Shown piece after piece: positions 59,425 to 64,000 of a stretch of 64,000 nucleotides of DNA. Position 1 is the stretch's first letter. Each line of letters starts with the position of its first letter. The position numbers were made by a program, and so were the translations under genes. Source of the DNA: an uncultured archaeon (lineage in GTDB: Archaea > Asgardarchaeota > Lokiarchaeia > Sigyniarchaeales > SOKP01); contig CAZALK010000011.1 of NCBI GenBank assembly GCA_964486045.1, forward strand, positions 96,001 through 160,000, read 5' to 3'. The notes under the pieces were generated by a model that was not told the DNA's origin, searched no databases, and worked only from the letters and a program-made list of their open reading frames with translations.

Positions 59425-60015
59425 TTAAGGAAATCTATCATATTCTAAGTTATTAGACTTCATTATTCTCTTTGTAATTTCTTTAAAACTAGAGAGAATG
59501 TTCTCATTTTCTTTTGAAGAAGTCTTAATAAACTGTTTTTGATTATGGTTCTGAAGAAACTGTTCAATAATATATTTGTTAACTTTAAATTTTGCATCAA
59601 CATTCTGTGCTAAATCATGTTTCGTTCCTACTAATATTTTTGGGCAGTTCTTAAGGTTATACTGAATCAGATTTTCATACCACCAATCTAATTTGAATAG
59701 AGATTCCATGCTTAATAGATCAAATACTAGGAAAATTCCATTCGTTCCGTTTATATAATAACTAAATAGCTTTTTGAATTGTTCTTGGCCCCCAAAATCC
59801 CATATCGAAAGCCGGGCAAAAACCTCATCACCTTTAACAATAATTGGGATCTCATACGTATAGAAGTCTGTTCCTACAGTTAATTGAGTTTTAGCAGTAA
59901 AAGTATTTAAGCATAATCGTCTAGCTAGACATGTTTTTCCGACACCACCGCTGCCAATTAAACAAATTTTAAATACGTAACGAATGGGTTTGCCTTCCAT
60001 CATCCTCCTCATCAA
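59425..60015 (-). CDS. Rab-like small GTPase
   Basis: FKICLIGSGGVGKT, TVGTDF, IWDFGGQEQF, YYING, VGTKHD, TSSK; no C-terminal prenylation Cys. Confidence 0.9.
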   Translation of the reverse strand: MMRRMMEGKPIRYVFKICLIGSGGVGKTCLARRLCLNTFTAKTQLTVGTDFYTYEIPIIVKGDEVFARLSIWDFGGQEQFKKLFSYYINGTNGIFLVFDLLSMESLFKLDWWYENLIQYNLKNCPKILVGTKHDLAQNVDAKFKVNKYIIEQFLQNHNQKQFIKTSSKENENILSSFKEITKRIMKSNNLEYDRFP

Positions 60016-60146
60016 CAGTAATCTACATGAGATTTTTTCAGTTTTTTTGCTCTAATCCAAGCATTTTTCTTTATAAATCAATAGAAATAAATCAACTATT
60101 TATATGTATTATTAATATTTTTCAACTCGATTTAGATCCTATTCTT

Positions 60147-60746
60147 TCAATTGTTCTTATACTTTCTACACAACAATTCTCCCTTACCAATTGGGATTAT
60201 TAGTGCATCTACACGATGATCTACTAAAGCTCTATCTAACATCGGTTTTAAAGTTCCATAATGATTAATTGCATTATCAGCTATTAGAAGTCCCCCATTT
60301 ACCATATTCGGAATTAATAGATCATAACACTCACCATATATCTCTTTTTCTGCATCCAAAAAACAAAACGCAATATTTTTATAATTTTTTATATAATCTC
60401 GTGCGTCACCTAATATTAATTCGATATAATGTTCCATATTTGCTTTTTTAAAGGTTTCTTCAGCTAATTTTGCTTTTTGTTTCAAGATTTCAAAAGTAGT
60501 TATAGTCGATCCCAATAATTTGCAAGCGAGTGAAATCCATAAAGTCGAGTAACCTGCACTAGTCCCAATTTCAATGAATTTACCTTTAGGGGCAGAAGCT
60601 GCTAAGATTGAAAGAAATTTTCCTGTTTCGCGGGGAATTTGACGCAACCTTTCTAAACGTGGAGTTCCATCAATTCTGTCTTTTGAATCAATTTCTTCTA
60701 GGAATTTCATTCTTTTTATGATTTTGTCAGTTAAATTATAGAACAT
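60147..60746 (-). CDS. Class I SAM-dependent O-methyltransferase
   Basis: [26 protein letters not shown]. Confidence 0.88.
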   Translation of the reverse strand: MFYNLTDKIIKRMKFLEEIDSKDRIDGTPRLERLRQIPRETGKFLSILAASAPKGKFIEIGTSAGYSTLWISLACKLLGSTITTFEILKQKAKLAEETFKKANMEHYIELILGDARDYIKNYKNIAFCFLDAEKEIYGECYDLLIPNMVNGGLLIADNAINHYGTLKPMLDRALVDHRVDALIIPIGKGELLCRKYKNN

Positions 60747-60867
60747 TTAAAATCCTCTCTTAAATATAATAATTCTTAAGTAAAAATCTTTAATTAATAG
60801 TAAACATGAAGAAATGATGTGTAATCTTGTTATTAAGGAGTTTCCTAAACATAAACCTAGAGATCCT

Positions 60868-61920
60868 TTAAGATTGGGTTAATAAATCGATTAAAGCTCT
60901 TGGAATTTCCTTATAATCGTTTACGGCATAGAATTTTCCTCTCCCTGCAACTGCTATCTCTCGACATGTGTTAATCCCTTGAGCTGCATCATTTTCGGCG
61001 GGCATACCTATAACATGTAATTTAGGGTATTGTTTCGCAATTTCAATCGGATTTTTTCCTCGATTAAATACCCCATCTGAGATTAATATTCCAAACCGGC
61101 TTTTCCTCACTTCCCTAGTTTTATTCAATTCTTTTAATCCCTTTTCAAGACCTAATTGAATATTAGTAAATCCCATAGCTTCTGAATCTAAGATATCATC
61201 TATAATTTTGAGGCTTGGTTTTTGTTGGTTAATTTTTTTTAACGTCATTGCAGTAGAATTGAACAAAACTATGGCATAATCTTCCTTTTCCATATTATAT
61301 GCTAAAACTGAAGTTGTAAGGGCAGCGTTCAACAAAAGACGACCATACATACTCCCGCTAGTGTCTAATATCAGTACAACTTTTCTTTTTTGCCGTTTCC
61401 TTACGATTCCATAGATATCTTTATAATTTATACTTTTCTCGTAAATTTTTAACGGATTATGTTGGATTGTCTCATCCAAACTAAATTCAGGCATTCCAAT
61501 TTGGTAGTATGGAACTGATCTTTTAAATTTCCCTCTAATTCCCTTACTCGTTATCTTTAATGATAACTTTATGATGCTTTGACGGGCGAGGCGTCTAAAA
61601 ATCGACTTATATTTTGCAGATATAGGACGCCTAATAAAAAAGTAAATTTCTGGCATAAAATCCCCTGATTCTTTAGCTTTTTCAGCAAAAAACCTTACAC
61701 CATCTTCAGTGTCCAACATATCTGTTGCGGCATAAACGTTCGCTTTAAGTAAACCCATTATAGCTTCAAGATTTTTATGCTGTATTGCCAAATATGTTAA
61801 ATCCCTTATTTCCTTGTATGCTAACGAGTTGGCGAGGTGCTTGTAATAATCGGGTTTTTTCTTTTTTTTCCTTGCTATCTCATACTCTAAAACTTCTTTG
61901 TCTGGTCGACTCTCAGTCAT
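60868..61920 (-). CDS. vWA domain protein (MoxR partner)
   Basis: MIDAS DTSGS, TNI..GL, ISDG. Confidence 0.88.
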   Translation of the reverse strand: MTESRPDKEVLEYEIARKKKKKPDYYKHLANSLAYKEIRDLTYLAIQHKNLEAIMGLLKANVYAATDMLDTEDGVRFFAEKAKESGDFMPEIYFFIRRPISAKYKSIFRRLARQSIIKLSLKITSKGIRGKFKRSVPYYQIGMPEFSLDETIQHNPLKIYEKSINYKDIYGIVRKRQKRKVVLILDTSGSMYGRLLLNAALTTSVLAYNMEKEDYAIVLFNSTAMTLKKINQQKPSLKIIDDILDSEAMGFTNIQLGLEKGLKELNKTREVRKSRFGILISDGVFNRGKNPIEIAKQYPKLHVIGMPAENDAAQGINTCREIAVAGRGKFYAVNDYKEIPRALIDLLTQS

Positions 61921-61976
61921 TCTAACATGCAGCCTTTTCTCAATCTCCTCAGATTCCTCCTCGGAGAAATCATCGA

Positions 61977-62849
61977 TTATTGAAAATCCGATTTATTTAA
62001 AACAGCTAAAACAATACTAGATATTATCTCTTTTTTAGATTGAGAGAGCCCATCTTCTAATTCGACTTTATTATATAATGCCATTACGGCAGCTTCAACC
62101 CAGTTGCTTGTACTATCACTATTATCATATTGATTTATTAATGTAGCTAAATCAATAGCACCTCTAATCGAACTCCCTCTTCGGATTGAAATAGCTCCTC
62201 TAGTAGCTTGGATAACATTTTGAGATATCGTTGTTATTTTTTTAGAGTTGATGTTACCTTCTTTTTCGATGATTTGAATTTCCTCATCTGGATTTTGATA
62301 ATCTAAATTAATCCATATGAACCTATCCTTTAATGCCTCCCCAAGAACTGTTACGCCAACGTGCGCGGCGGGGTTCTGGGTGGCGATGACGAAGAAATCT
62401 TTATGAGCCTTAATTGTTGTTAATTTAGGAATTTCGAGGATTCCTTCATCTAGGGCGGTCAATAATGAATTTTGTGTGTTTTCTGGCATCCTATTAATTT
62501 CGTTTATAAATAAACATCCCCCGTTAAGCATTGCTAAAGCTAAAGGTCCATTTTTATAAGAATCTTCATTATAACCCTTCGCAATTACTAGAGGAGGTTC
62601 ATAATAACCAACTAGATTATGGGGGAGTAATTCTTCGCTACAGTCAACTCGATAAAAATTTGAATCATTGGAGCCATAATGTTCAGCGATAGCCTTAGCT
62701 AGCGTAGTTTTTCCGACACCCACATTGCCTTCTAATAAAATATTCTTACCTACTGAATGAGCTAATATAATCTGTTTTAGTTCTTCTGTTCTACCTATGA
62801 TCTTAAATTTTGCTTGTATTTCTGACACAATACTGGTCCTATCAACCAT
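61977..62849 (-). CDS. MoxR family AAA+ ATPase
   Basis: Walker A GNVGVGKT, Walker B variant FINEINR, ATQNP, EALKDRF. Confidence 0.9.
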   Translation of the reverse strand: MVDRTSIVSEIQAKFKIIGRTEELKQIILAHSVGKNILLEGNVGVGKTTLAKAIAEHYGSNDSNFYRVDCSEELLPHNLVGYYEPPLVIAKGYNEDSYKNGPLALAMLNGGCLFINEINRMPENTQNSLLTALDEGILEIPKLTTIKAHKDFFVIATQNPAAHVGVTVLGEALKDRFIWINLDYQNPDEEIQIIEKEGNINSKKITTISQNVIQATRGAISIRRGSSIRGAIDLATLINQYDNSDSTSNWVEAAVMALYNKVELEDGLSQSKKEIISSIVLAVLNKSDFQ

Positions 62850-62961
62850 AAATTTAAGAATTAACCATTTCTAAAATAAGTTTAGTTTATGTAATAACAC
62901 ACTTATGACATAAATACAAAAATATCTTATACATTAAATAGGGAGCTTCTTTTTATTAATA

Positions 62962-63978
62962 ATGGAAGAAAAATCTTATAAGTTAATCTATATCATTGGG
63001 TTAATTTTCACTTCAATAGTTATGCTTTGGGTTCTTATTTTTGGAATCCTAACGGTTAACATCACTTTCCTTATCTTCTTTTGGGTTATAAAGTTTCTTT
63101 CTGGTTTTGGATTAATCTTAAGCATTGCAAATGGATTTTTGCTTCTAATGGATAAATTTAGCGGTCAACTCAAGAAAAAAGGTACAAAATCTATAATTGT
63201 TATTGAAATTATAATCCCTACAATTTTAATTGGCTATGCAATCTATAAAATCTTTTCAAGCTATTTTCAAGCCTCAGCGGTGACTCAAGAAGGGATATGG
63301 TTTTGGATTGATAATATTCTCTATATCTATGGAATTGTTTCTTTACTTTTGACTCTTTATATTCTACCCTTAGCTAGTGAACAATTTCAAAAAGCTGTGG
63401 AGTTGGGGAAATTGACTTTTTGGAAAAAGAAAGCAAAAAAAGTAGCAAGAGAAATTAAAAAGAAGTATTTTTCTTTGAGAAAAGAATTTGCTAGAGCTCA
63501 AGTACAGGATCAAATGACAGTAAAGGAAGTACTAGATATATGGCGTAATAAATTTGCTATAAATGTTTTGGTGGTTTTAGCAGTAGGATCTTTGATATTC
63601 ACTCCTATTTCTTTTATCTTTGTTATGTATTGGTTGCATCTCTATGTATTTTTTAGAATTCAAACTAGAACTTGGGAGAAACTGATTCTATTACTAGGTA
63701 TGATATGGATTGGATTTATAGCTGTAGTTTCTCCATTTTTATCATTGATAAACTTACAGATTTATACAACTATTGATCCCTATTTCTGGACTGTTAATGT
63801 ATTTTATTTAATTGGAATTTTGGTAGCAACTTATATTTTTATCAAAAAATTGGTTAATCTCCAAGGTATTACTGTAACAGCATTAAGAATGAAAAGTAAG
63901 GATAAGAAAATTCAAAAGCTTAAAGAAGAAAAAGACGAGTTAGAAAGAAAGCTACAAGAAAAGAATACTAGGCTTTAA
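62962..63978 (+). CDS. Hypothetical multi-pass membrane protein with C-terminal coiled coil
   Basis: About 7-8 hydrophobic helices, basic internal loop, coiled-coil tail. Confidence 0.65.
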   Translation: MEEKSYKLIYIIGLIFTSIVMLWVLIFGILTVNITFLIFFWVIKFLSGFGLILSIANGFLLLMDKFSGQLKKKGTKSIIVIEIIIPTILIGYAIYKIFSSYFQASAVTQEGIWFWIDNILYIYGIVSLLLTLYILPLASEQFQKAVELGKLTFWKKKAKKVAREIKKKYFSLRKEFARAQVQDQMTVKEVLDIWRNKFAINVLVVLAVGSLIFTPISFIFVMYWLHLYVFFRIQTRTWEKLILLLGMIWIGFIAVVSPFLSLINLQIYTTIDPYFWTVNVFYLIGILVATYIFIKKLVNLQGITVTALRMKSKDKKIQKLKEEKDELERKLQEKNTRL

Positions 63979-64000
63979 ACTATTCAATTAGCTCCTATAC

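Overview
AT-rich, gene-dense archaeal DNA, most likely a Lokiarchaeia (Asgard) chromosome. The supporting signs are Arf- and Rab-like small GTPases, longin-type proteins, a Loki-CTERM-type PGY tail, NreA, PAC2, DUF2070 and a tRNA-Ala without encoded CCA. The best candidate for an undescribed system is a heavy-metal/mercury locus at about 51.3-58.4 kb (VapBC, HxlR regulator, merA, HMA chaperone, P1B ATPase). It contains three small genes missing from the ORF track. One is a 69-codon GDCCVxC-like frame (53184-53393) with four in-frame UGA codons, three at positions I recall as Cys in that family. It has its own palindromic promoter and a SECIS-like hairpin, so it is a putative multi-selenocysteine metal-binding protein directly upstream of merA. 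Other notable items: a dispersed palindromic intergenic repeat (4 copies, 8.3-13.8 kb); a GC-rich rifampicin-phosphotransferase-like gene; a Site-1-protease-like subtilase; a 7TM + Arf GTPase + longin/HTH cluster; internally deleted paralog remnants of fadH and nreA; and several genes that appear to start at ATT/ATC. All family assignments come from motif recognition by eye, not database searches.
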